Of a DNA stretch of 64,000 bases, positions 53,207 through 64,000 are shown one piece after another. The first letter of the stretch is position 1, and the number at the start of each line of letters is the position of its first letter. Made by a program: the position numbers and the translations under genes. The stretch lies in NCBI GenBank assembly GCA_964016885.1, contig OZ024742.1:307210001-307274000 (forward strand), read 5' to 3'. This DNA is from Eledone cirrhosa. Its lineage: Eukaryota. The notes under the pieces were generated by a model. It worked only from the letters and a program-made list of their open reading frames with translations. It ran no database searches and was not told the origin of the DNA.

Positions 53207-54052
53207 ATCATCATCATTATCATTTTACGCCTGCTTTTCCCTGCTTGCAAGGGTTGCAGGGGTCCTATTCAGCACAGATTCTCTCCACTTGTCACGGTCC
53301 TTCGTCATCTCCTCGGTGAGTTTCAGCGATTAGAGGTCTGCTCTCACCACCTCCGCCCATGTTTTTCGTGGTCTACCTCTACTGCGTATTCCCTCCACTG
53401 GGACTTCCTGGCACTTCTTCACCCATCGGTCATCCTCCATGCACATCACATGTCCATACCATCTCAGCCTTCTCTCCTTCACACCACAACTTATCCCTCT
53501 TATACCCAGTTTCTTTCTCAACTTGTTTATGCTTGATCGTTCACGCACATTGACATTGCACATCCAACGGAGCATACTTGCTTCATTTCTCTCCAGCCAT
53601 TGCATATCTTCTGCAGTTGCTGCCCATGTCTCACTACCATGCAGCATCACGCATCTCACACAGGCATCATATAACCGTTCTTTCGTACGCAGGGAGAAAC
53701 CTTTCTTTGTCAAAAGAGGAAGCAGCTCCCGAAACTTCTTCCAACCCGTCCTTATTTTAGATACTATGGCCTCGGAACCCCCCCCCCCCCCTCCCATGCT
53801 AATCTGATCACCTAGGTACCGGAAGCTCTCAACCACTTCTATAGAACCCACTTGCATTGGAAAAATGAGTGTATCACAGCGATTACTACTGCCAACTTTC
53901 CCTGTACATCTACTGCATACGTAGTTTTCCCTACCTGTTAGTTTGCCTGCTATCCCACTACATCTCTTGTGTACCTTAGATCTGCATTGTGTACATTTTA
54001 TGGAATTTATGCCAGGTCCTTTCCTACATATTGAACATGGCCATTTCCCTGA
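53207..54052 (-). mobile_element. RTE family B, 5'-truncated copy
   Basis: ORF 53330-54064 (SGKWPCSICRKG...FRYLGD...RRLRWYGH) matches 5465-6300; the tail is present. Confidence 0.92.
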
Positions 54053-56089
54053 TATCACACACACATAAATCTATAATAGTAAGTACAGGACAACATATAC
54101 CTGCGCAATTTCATATCATTTTTATGCTAGAAATGTAGTTTTCTGTTTTCATAGATTTGTATACATTGACAGATACATAACAAAACGAATACATACTTAT
54201 ACTAGCAAATACATTTCTCCTCTTAGAGGGTGGTATTTCTGCTATTACTCATACATATGATTCAATGAATTTACCAACACAAACACAAGAGATAAATGTA
54301 AATAGGAAATATTTTAGTTTTAAATTTATACAAGGAAAGATGTGACATCAACATGAAATGCATTAACAAACACCAACATTACTGTTGTTTAATGAAAGAC
54401 AAATCTTGGATTACATTAAAGGACAAACATTTCCATCCAGAACAATTATATGGCGGAAGCAATCAGCAGTTTACACCAAAATAAATTACATTGATAGTTT
54501 ATGATGAGAAAAGGATGGTCAGTTTGTCTAGAGATGAAAACTGAATATGAGGATCAATAAAAGCAATTTCCAAGATTCAATAATTTAGTTATATGAGAAC
54601 GGTTTAGATAAACTTCACTTTAATATACATTTTATCCAATTTAGAATAGGAACACTGTAAAAGAGTTGCTAGGAAGGTCATCCAGCTATGAGACATTGCC
54701 ATGAGGTGTATGAAGCCTGCCATAGGGCCCACATGATTAAGCCCTAGTGGAGACTTTTGGTGTCCTTGGCCCCAGGACCACTTCTCTACTCCCCATCGGC
54801 ACAGAATTGGCTACATGCATGTGAGCTTTGCGAGCTGGAATGGCTCTTCCAATGCGTCTTCTTCACCATCCCTGGGAAAATACCTTCTTTATTCTGTCCA
54901 CTGGAGCCACAGGGCAGCCAGCACGTGGGCCCCCATTTGCTTATAATAGTGAGAGATGGGGAGGGCGAGAGAGATTTAGCAGATGTAAAAGTCGTTATAA
55001 TGCTTGTGTTGTTATTGTAAAGAATTGTTCAATGGAATATTTTGTGCCAAGCTCCTAGAAAATGGGTATGTTATTTACCCACTACCCACCATAATTTATT
55101 TGAAGACACTTTTAACTCATCCTCACACACACACACACACACAAAATATTTATCTTTATGAAAAATAGTGAACATATAATGGAAAATGTAGTAGATGTAT
55201 TGGCCTGAATCAATGACTACATCATAATTTTATGCCTGTTTCTCTATGCTGGCATGGGTTGGACAGAACTTCTTGCGCCAAATATCCTTCCTGACACCAA
55301 CCCTTGTAGTTATCTCTTATTTATTTATATATATATATATATATATCATCTTCATCATTTTAACATCTGCTTTCCCTGCTAGCAAGGAGTGGATAGGTCT
55401 CCATAGACCAGGTCAGTACCAAAGAAGAGCTACCAATCTCCCAGAAAATCCAGGGATTTGTACCTTGCTTATGTACTGTCTCACATTCTACTGAGTGCAC
55501 AGGAGAGGACGTCCTGTCTTTGACACAACTGAGGCTCCTACCAACCCTTTGTTTGGCAAACTTTCTATAGCTAGATGCCCTCTCTATCACCAACCACTTT
55601 ACAGCAAGTACTGGACGCCTTTATTGTGTAGATCACCAACACTAGGGAGGCTGTCATGCCCTTGACATGACTGAGGGTTCCTCCCAACCCTTTGTTTAGC
55701 AAGCTTTCTATAGATGGATGCCCTTCCTATCACCAACTACTTTACAGTGTGTACTGGGTGCATTTATCATGTAGATCCCCTACACTAGATGTTATATATA
55801 TATATATATAAAATCATCATCATCAACATTTAACGTCCTTTTTCCATGTTAGCATGGGTTATATGTATAATCAAAAAAATATGTACAAATGGTTATAATG
55901 AATAGTTGAGAAAATATTAATTTTTTAAATGCTTCAAAATGTTAGATTTGTGTAAGAAGTAAATGAGATTTGGTGATGTCAAGCTTTTCTGTTAAGTATT
56001 AGTGATATGAAGGAAGGGAATTAGTAGCATTATATTGGAAATAAAGGTCATATAACTTGGCTTCTTACTGGATTCTTTGACAACATCTA

Positions 56090-56500
56090 GCTATTGAACT
56101 CTCTGACCAGACCAGATCATTGGACACACTGACTACCACACCAGGCCATTGGTCTCTCTGATCACACAAAGCTATTGGATTCTTTTTCCACTACACCAGG
56201 TCATTGGACTCTCTGATCAGACCAGATCATTGGACTCACAGGCTACCACACCAGATCATTGAACTCTCTGACCAGACCAGGCTATTTGTCTCTGACCACA
56301 CAAGGCTATTGGAATCTCTGATCACAACACCAAACTGTTAGACTCTCTGACCAAACCAGGCCTTTGGACTCTTCAACCAGACAAGATCATTGGACTCACT
56401 AACAACATAAGCTGTTGGACCTTCTGAGCATCACAGTAGGCCATTATACCTCTGATCCCCACAGAATGGCCATTGGACCCTCTGACCAGACCAAATCATG
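56090..56500. repeat. Minisatellite, ~26-29-bp unit cattggactctctgaccacaccag
   Basis: About 15 degenerate tandem units. Confidence 0.8.
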
Positions 56501-56726
56501 ATGTGGCTATTCGTCCTTCAACTCTTCCCACAAGAAGATGAGAAATTAAATGAAGTTGAATTAATTGAAATGAAACAAAAGAATTACAACTACTGTGATA
56601 TACAAACCTTATAAAAATAAATTCCACATATTCTAGAATGTTCTTTTAAAATACAAAATTTAGTAAAAGTGTTTTTCATCTGTTTTTTGGTCAAGCATCT
56701 ACTTCTATAATATTATATTGATTTAA

Positions 56727-56915
56727 TGGCAGTGGCTTGATAGTATCAGTAGAGGGTCAGACGGCATGCTTTTCAGCGTAGAGTTACGGCCCTTTATGGT
56801 CTGAGTTCAAATCCCACCAAGGTTAACTTTGCCTTTCATCCTTGTGGGGTCGATGAAATAAAGCACCAGTAATGCACTGGGATAAATGCTGGTTTTGTGC
56901 GAAAAGTAGAAATAA
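56727..56915 (+). mobile_element. Dominant SINE copy just downstream of the GT31 stop codon
   Basis: Consensus match; flanking direct repeat attatattgattt. Confidence 0.85.
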
Positions 56916-56994
56916 TTATATTGATTTGATGTACAAACGTTTTGATTGTCTGATGGGATATCTGTAATTAGTGGAGGGATTTATAAATAAATTG

Positions 56995-58172
56995 TCAATA
57001 ATTCAGGCATTGGTATGATGCTTTGCAACCCAACTTGATCTTCCTTCTATAAAACAATAAACATAATATAATTCCAACAACAAAAACATCAACAAACATC
57101 ATATAGATAACCAAGTAAAAGACATTGTTAGCTTCAAAGCTCTCCCAATCAGTATTTAGATTCATCTTTTTAATTGCCACTTGATTACGCATAAAAGATT
57201 TCCTATGATGATCAAGAACCATACGCCATAAGTGACGACTAATAACAGCTTCTTGGCCAGGAAACACATAGTCCAATACTGCAATCATGGTGGCACTGCC
57301 AAGATAGTCAGGATTCATAAACTTTTTCAATAAACCAGATTTGACAGAAATACCCTCAAAAGCATATTCCGTATCAATGTATTTCAGACGAAGTTTCTCA
57401 GCAAGAACACCTAGCCAGGTATCATCTGGCATGAACATTGGTGTGTCAAGAGACATGAGGTAAAGTTGATTGATAACTTTCATAGATGCTGCATAGGCAA
57501 CACCTGAGCAATACTCAGGATATGCTGTACTGCTATATTTAGAAGCAGCTGCATATTTCCCCCTGCGATACACTAGAAGACAACAAGGAAAGTAGTAACA
57601 CAACGAGAAATGATTATGGTATTCAGATTTTAGAGATATTTGACGCAAGTAAGGAATCAATTTAAAAATATCTACAAATAATTCATCATTCATTACCATG
57701 ACAAAAGTAGCATGCAGGCAATATTCCCTAGCCCACTTCCATGCCATTACAGTTTTAAGGGTTAAATTTTCATAAGACTCAATAAAATCTTCCTGGATGA
57801 TATCATTATATATCTCACTCTCACGTTGGATAGAAGGTTGTAAGTGGAGGTCTTGGTCTCTTCCAAAGAGAAAAGCTATTACCACACTGACATTGCGGAA
57901 ATTTTTCTTGTTACCCCATGTCTCTCGTATTGCCATTCGGCGGTCGAATTGTGAAAAGATTGTGCGAACAAGAATTAAGAGAAATACTTCATTTTTACGC
58001 ACACACAGTGTAGAAGGGTTAATAAGATACATATATGAGTGTGGATTGCAATTTTTAGGAGCATTGTAGAAATGTTTAGGCACAGCTGAATTTGGGTCCC
58101 TAGGACGTGATGTGACAAATGTATCCAGTGGTTCTCCTTCAAGTTCATCAGATGCTTTATTGTGAGCAACCA
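56995..58172 (-). CDS. GT31 family beta-1,3-galactosyltransferase-like protein, main exon
   Basis: 392-codon ORF with GT31 motifs FLLILV, RRMAIRETWG, FLFG, ESEIYNDIIQEDFIESYENLTLKT, WAREYC, YPEYCSG, DDTWLG. Preceded by a polypyrimidine tract and tttttcAG acceptor; TGA stop at 56995. Confidence 0.92.
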
Positions 58173-59151
58173 CTGAAAAATAAAATATAAAAAATAAAAA
58201 TAATTTATGAGAAAGTTAGAAGCTTCATCAAATTTTTTTTTTTTCTATAGAAAAATACAATATTTGCTGGCCTATTAGATACATTGTTTTTCCCCCCCCA
58301 AAACAAAAAAAAGTTCCCTGCATCCAATATACCAATATCACTGCTGGGAGGTTGACTGGTGTGTGCTTTTGCTGATATACTAGAATTTGCTTTGTTTGCA
58401 TGTATTACTAACAGTAGATTTCATATCAGCCATTGTGGACTTAGTAAATGTACAGCTGTTGTACAATGAAATAATTTTCAATAAATTCATGAAGAGATGT
58501 ACTAAAATTCTTTTTTCGCAAAATGTACTTGTAAAACCAGGAGGCGTCTTATATGAAGGGGTGTCCAAGAGGCCAGCAAATATGGTAGTCTAAATAATAG
58601 AACACAAACCCCATTCATGGAAAAAAATGGGACATTAGCACCTGCAGGATTGTGTAATAGTACCATTTCTGCCTGGCAAGCATTAGCGTGTGGGTTTGAG
58701 TCCCACAACTGCTAATGTCAATTTTTTTCCTTTAACCCTTTAGAATTTACATTACTCTATATTTACTATTGTATTTTCGCAGTTAAGGCTTTACTTCACA
58801 TACTTATCTCACATAATATCGAATCTACTAGATTTTGATTTTGTCTATTTTGAGTAAAATACCTTAACGTCTGCATGAGCAGCCGATTATGGCCAGTTTG
58901 AATAGAAAGTGGTGAGAGAATTCTGGTCAGATACGGCTGGTTTAAATGCTAAAGGGACCTTATATGCCCTATTATTTAGACTATTTTTCTATTGTGAAAA
59001 AAACTCAATGAAGCTTCTAACTTTCTTGTAAATTTCAAATTCCGCTCTTCATTTCTAAACATATGTTCATAAAAATAAATATTTCCTTACAAAATTTGAA
59101 ACAACTAAAAATCTAAATAGTTAAATAGATACAGTGAGGGAGCCTCTATGA

Positions 59152-61350
59152 CAGAGGTGGGGAACCTGCAGCCTTCTATGCCATTTTTTGCGACCTTCTA
59201 AAAAAATCAAAAATTTCCAACAAATTTTAAATTTTTATTAATGTTTTTTGCTATCTCTTATTATTTTAATTTAAACTGTAAGAGGGAGAGGTGAGAAAGG
59301 TAACATTGCAGAAATTAAAAGATAAAAAGCAAAAACAAAGACAGTTCCTTAAAGCAGTGGGAAGACCTAGAAATGATGTCATTGAAGCAACTTATAAAAT
59401 AGCTTATACACTAGCGATGTGGAAATAATAAAAGAATGCATTGTCGAAGCTGTAGGATGCTTAGACCCCGATAAAATTTTAAAATACAAACAACTATAGG
59501 AGAACTATACTGACAGCTAGCATGAGCTTTAAACTTCACACAACTGAACAACATCACACATTACTTTGAAAGAAAAATATTTATTATTTAAGCGCTTTGG
59601 ATGTATCAACTGATACTATTGATTCAGTACAGGTTTTCTACTTCATTCAGGAAACAATGGAAGAATTTATTTGGTATGAAGAGTTACTGGCTTTAGGTAT
59701 TGTTACTAGTAGAACACGGGGAATACATATCAAAAACTTTTAATATATTGAGATGGGAGTGAATTTTGTTAATTTAGTGAATGTAACATGACGGAAATAT
59801 GAAGGGTTTATTGCACAGATTAAAAAAATGTACTATCAAATCCAGATGCTTATATTTCTTTTCATTGTATTTTACATCAGCAAAATTTCTGTGCTAAAGC
59901 TACTATTTTAAATGACACTTTTCATTATATTTTACATCAGTATAATCTGTGTTAAAGCTACTATTTTAAACAACTCTTTGCAACAACTTATGAATATTAT
60001 TAACTATATCTGCGCAAATGCTACACAGCACTGTCAGTTTTGTAACATGCTAAAATTGGATATGATATACAATGTAGATTTGCCGTATCATTCTAAAGTG
60101 CATTGGTTATCACACAAACAGGTATAAGCAAAAATTTTATCTTACAAGAACAGATAATCAAATTTTATGAAGAAAAATTGAAAGAGAATTTCTATAGCAA
60201 TACTGCATCTGTGTGATATCATGTCAAAGCAAAATTATTGGAATATTTCTTTGCAAGGTTAAACTAAGTCTATATATATATAAGCACATGGCTTAGTGGT
60301 TAGAGCATTGGCTTTGCAATCGAAAGGTTGCGAGTTCAATTCTCAGACCGGGTGATGTGTTGTTTTCTTGAGCAAGACACTTTATTTCACATTGCTCCAG
60401 TTTACTCAGCTGTAGAAATGAGATGATAAGGACTGGGGTCTCTATCATTCCACTGCAAAGTGGTCGTGGAGGTGCCACGGCAAAAAAGCACCCAGCACTC
60501 ACTGTAAATGAGGTTGGTGTTAGGAAGGGCATCCAACTGTAGAAATCAAGCCAGAATCAGTTCCCGTCCCACCCTTGCAAGCAGGGAAAGCGGACATAAA
60601 ATGATGATGATATATATATGGCAACAAATTCAAGCATTTCGAAAAAAGCTATACTTTTTCGAAATTCTTCTTCTTCAAAAAGAAATTTTGTATGAATATT
60701 TTCCCCAGTTAGCAAAGGTTATTGAAGTACAGAAGAATCCATGTGAATCATTTGAAGAATATGCAGCTGTTATAGACCTATTAATTAGAGAATACAATGA
60801 AAGGTTCACTGGTTTTGAGTATGATGACATCACACTCAAGTTAGCACTTCAACCTCATCTAGTTGATATCTCCAAGGCTCCCAAAGAATTACAGATGGAA
60901 TTGATATTATAAAATCCTTATTTGATGCTAAGAAAGATCCGATTGAGATATGGAAAAATGTAATAGAATACTGATACCTTCGGCAACATGCATGAACAAT
61001 ATTCTTTTGCTTTTCAACAACTTATCACTGTGAATCTACATTCTCCTACCTAACTAAAATCAAGACACCTTTGAGATCACAAATGGCAGATGCTCATCTA
61101 GAGGTTCAGTTGAAACTTTGGACCTCTATATTGCAACCAAATGTCAATATGCTTTCCTACAACAAGCATTCCCAAAGTCATTAAAATTATTTTTTTTTTT
61201 CATTTTCTACATAATTAGTACATAGTAATTAGATTTTTACAAAATAATGTAGATTTTAAGAATATATAATTATGGTTTCTTGAATACGGCCTTATTATAT
61301 TACAAATAACTTAATGCGGACTTTCAACATGAAAAGGTTCCCCACCTCTG
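59152..61350 (+). mobile_element. Decayed hAT (Buster/SPIN/Charlie-like) transposon in the GT31 intron
   Basis: Perfect 16-bp TIR CAGAGGTGGGGAACCT; TSD ctctatga/ctttatga; remnants LDVSTD, FHCILHQ, DLPYHSKVHWLS, FSTTYHCESTFS. Confidence 0.9.
60287..60611 (+). mobile_element. Composite tRNA-head SINE (second copy), inserted in the hAT element
   Basis: Closely matches 2325-2695. Confidence 0.8.
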
Positions 61351-61824
61351 CTTTATGACATTGCTCAACCTGCTAGAAATAGCAAGCAAATTCCTATCAT
61401 GTAACACCCCACAAGTAGTGGCAAGCTGTACTGGAGAGAAACTGTTTAATCCATGCAACCAAGTAGTTATAAGCATACAAAGATTCAGCAATGGAGTATA
61501 CAATTTTTAAAACGTTATTAATATTAAATATACAAAGGAACTAATATGTAATATGTAATATTCATGGCTAGGAACTATGTACTTTTATTAAAACACCTTG
61601 TGCAATATATATAATGAATGTGATTTACAACATAATCAAATCAAGGAAAATAATCAGAGACAAAACAAAACAAATAAGGAACATGAAAAGAAGTGGCACT
61701 TAATTATATGAAAAAACAGGGAATGCTTGTGTTTCCCTCTAAAAATTCCAATGCAAGCCAAGTCACACACGATAGAGAGGCTAAGGTGCTGGAATAACTA
61801 AGCACCCTATGAGCATCACCTCTT

Positions 61825-62020
61825 CAGACCTGCTAACCTCTAAAAACCCAAACAGGGAGTTCCATGAAAAAAAAGTGCCCCCAAACAGGGAGAAATGAGG
61901 CAAAATGGGAGGATTTTACTTAATGAAAGCCATACCCATTTTCACATGAGAAGACATCTCTCACCCACCCCAAAGTGGGTAGGAGATCTCCTCGTGGGAC
62001 AGAGAGAGTTGACAGGTCTT
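61825..62020. mobile_element. Short-TIR MITE (CAGACCTGYYAAC)
   Basis: Inverted termini agacctgctaac/gttgacaggtct. A reverse copy at about 35139-35388 is interrupted by a SINE fragment and sits inside a CRE remnant. Confidence 0.6.
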
Positions 62021-62190
62021 ACTTCCTTTAAACAAATCGCCACTAATGACAAAACCTTGTCATCAGCAGCATAGCTCTGCTGAATGTCTGGAAAGTCACA
62101 TCACGGCCGTATCAGTGTGTTGTCTGTCACATTTATAGTACGATGTAGAGCTGATTCCTCTCAAAGTTAGTAGTAACTGAGGATAATAGT

Positions 62191-62529
62191 TACTCTCAGG
62201 CCCGAAATAATGGAGGGAGGTGGTAAGCGGCGGGAGGGGTGACATCGGTAATTGTTCAAAGTTGTCTCCGTTGATTTTTTAAAAACCAGAATTAGTCGTT
62301 TAGTTTACATATTGAGACCCCAACCCATCCTTTTATTTCATAAATTATGGCGTTTCTAGTCATGTACTTTTTTGTCATGTAGAAAGTTTTTTAATGTATA
62401 AAGAAAATTAATTGTCGCAGGAATGTTACCACTAAAAATAAAATTTCGCCGGAGATAGATTTAATAAGCGGCGGGGTTTAGAAAAATAATAAACGGGGGC
62501 TGAGGTGGGGTATTCGAGACGCGAGAGTA
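62191..62529 (+). mobile_element. pogo/Tc1-like MITE (TACTCTC...GAGAGTA termini)
   Basis: Inverted termini tactctcaggcccgaaataa / tattcgagacgcgagagta. Related copies at 32912-33222 (reverse) and 29729-31327 (interrupted). Confidence 0.65.
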
Positions 62530-63503
62530 TTCTAGAAAATTAGTGGTTTCTATCATTGTAATTTTAAGGGGAGGAGGTCGATTAACTCGACCACAGTATT
62601 TAACTGGTACTTTAGTTTACAGCCCCTTGAAGGATGAAAGCAAAGTTGATCGTAGCATGATTTGAACTCAGAATGTAAAAAGCCGGGACAAATGCGGTTA
62701 CGTATGTGTCCAATGCTCTAACGAAGCTGCCAATCAACCGCACTGTTATTCATAATAACTAATAACAAACTGTTATAAGCCGTCGTTGAGCATGATGTAA
62801 ATAAATAGTCTAATTACAAATACCTTCATTTCATTTTCACCTACAATCTCTTTGGGAAAGACATAAACATCGAAATTAACTTTCCCATAAAATAAGGTTT
62901 GTAATTTAGGCACAAGACCAGCAATTTGAGAAGGGGACTATTGATTATATTTACCCCTGTGCTTAAATCGATCCTTGGACTGGTACTTTATTTAATCGAC
63001 ATCGGAAGGATGAAAGGCAAATTAACTTGAGAGGGATTTGAACTTAAAACGTAAACAACAGGAATATATATCGCAAATCATTTTGTCCGATGCTCTAGCG
63101 ATTTTGACAATTTTATAAATTATAGCACTTTATTCTATCACATATTATATATAGATAATTTGAAGGCCTCAAAAGTAACCACGACGCTTTTTTACATTTA
63201 TTACCCCAGATTTTCAAACTAAACATAACATTATATGAATTAGGGTTAAGGTTTAGGACTACGGTTTAGAGTCCGAGTGAGGGTTTAAAATTACACAGCG
63301 TAATAACGAAGAAGCGCCGAAAGCAGTAATCAATTTAAAGTATTTCAAGCATAAACCAATGTAAAATTCAGATGACACGAAATAAGATGTGATGACATTA
63401 ATGCCTTTTCCCATAGATTAGAAACAAGTAAATTTGTAATAACTTTAATTTAATAATAGAATAAATAGTTTGTTTGGATTATTTTTTTAAATTTTTAACT
63501 TAC

Positions 63504-63591
63504 CGAAATTAGGTCCAAATAAACATTTTTGAAAAAATATAGAGAGAAACACAGACAAAAGAACCAAATGGTATGCCGGAGTCGACTTCAT
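63504..63591 (-). CDS. GT31 glycosyltransferase-like gene, predicted exon 1 (signal peptide/anchor)
   Basis: aacATG; MKSTPAYHLVLLSVFLSIFFQKCLFGPNF + G, then GTAAGT donor (88 nt, phase 1). The phase is compatible with the acceptor at 58172 (G|TG = Val). Confidence 0.7.
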
Positions 63592-63885
63592 GTTTGCGAA
63601 AGAGTTTAGAATTATAAGGTACACTCAGACAATGGAGCAAACTGTCTCCAATGTTATTATTGCAGCAGTTATTTTCCCTTCATCGAACGGTGTCGGCTCG
63701 AATAAATACCTTGTTCTAGATACACCCGTAGTATTATATTTTATTATGATTTATTTATTTATTTTAGTAGTTTAAACTTATATTATTCAAAGTTGTATAA
63801 ATAACATTAGAAATTGTTTATACATCTTACAGAATGAACATGTATAAACACATGTAATAAATACAATTAATTACAAAGGTAATGC

Positions 63886-63936
<51 letters not shown>

Positions 63937-64000
63937 AAATAAAGTTAAATAAAAGTCAAATGATTAAAATTTAGCTTCGTTTATTACTGCTATATATATT

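Noticed and set aside
56090-56500. CRISPR-like periodic array
   Set aside because: Contiguous degenerate tandem units without unique spacers, in a eukaryotic context with no cas genes.
58171-58173. GTG start of the 392-aa ORF in the ORF track
   Set aside because: The G belongs to the AG splice acceptor; the true start is probably in the upstream exon at 63591.
58646-58713. tRNA gene
   Set aside because: Only a B-box-like T arm is recognisable and no convincing cloverleaf; SINE heads elsewhere are likewise not tRNA genes.

Overview
Eukaryotic, AT-rich, microsatellite- and transposon-dense animal genomic DNA; the repeat landscape is most consistent with an octopod cephalopod, which is inference rather than something shown. 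Two minus-strand host genes were reconstructed by hand from splice sites. The first is the 5' four coding exons of the PAPS transporter 2 gene SLC35B3 (34125-33652, 17135-17014, 3692-3538, 3016-2909), continuing off the left edge. The second is a two-exon GT31 beta-1,3-glycosyltransferase-like gene (63591-63504 + 58172-56995, about 421 aa) with an N-terminal hydrophobic leader, an extra C-terminal transmembrane helix and an NDE in place of the DxD motif. The rest is mobile DNA: RTE LINEs carrying a C4HC3 (PHD-like) finger inside the RT, tRNA-derived SINEs, CRE-like and Tx1/L1-like fragments, Penelope-like elements with several hammerhead-ribozyme-like motifs, a 2-kb non-autonomous LTR element with a tRNA-Trp PBS, a solo LTR, a Merlin family with long foldback derivatives, and maT (DD37D), hAT, piggyBac, pogo-like and Helitron derivatives. 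Coordinates were read manually; gene and TIR/TSD boundaries are close to exact, while SINE and LINE fragment boundaries are approximate.
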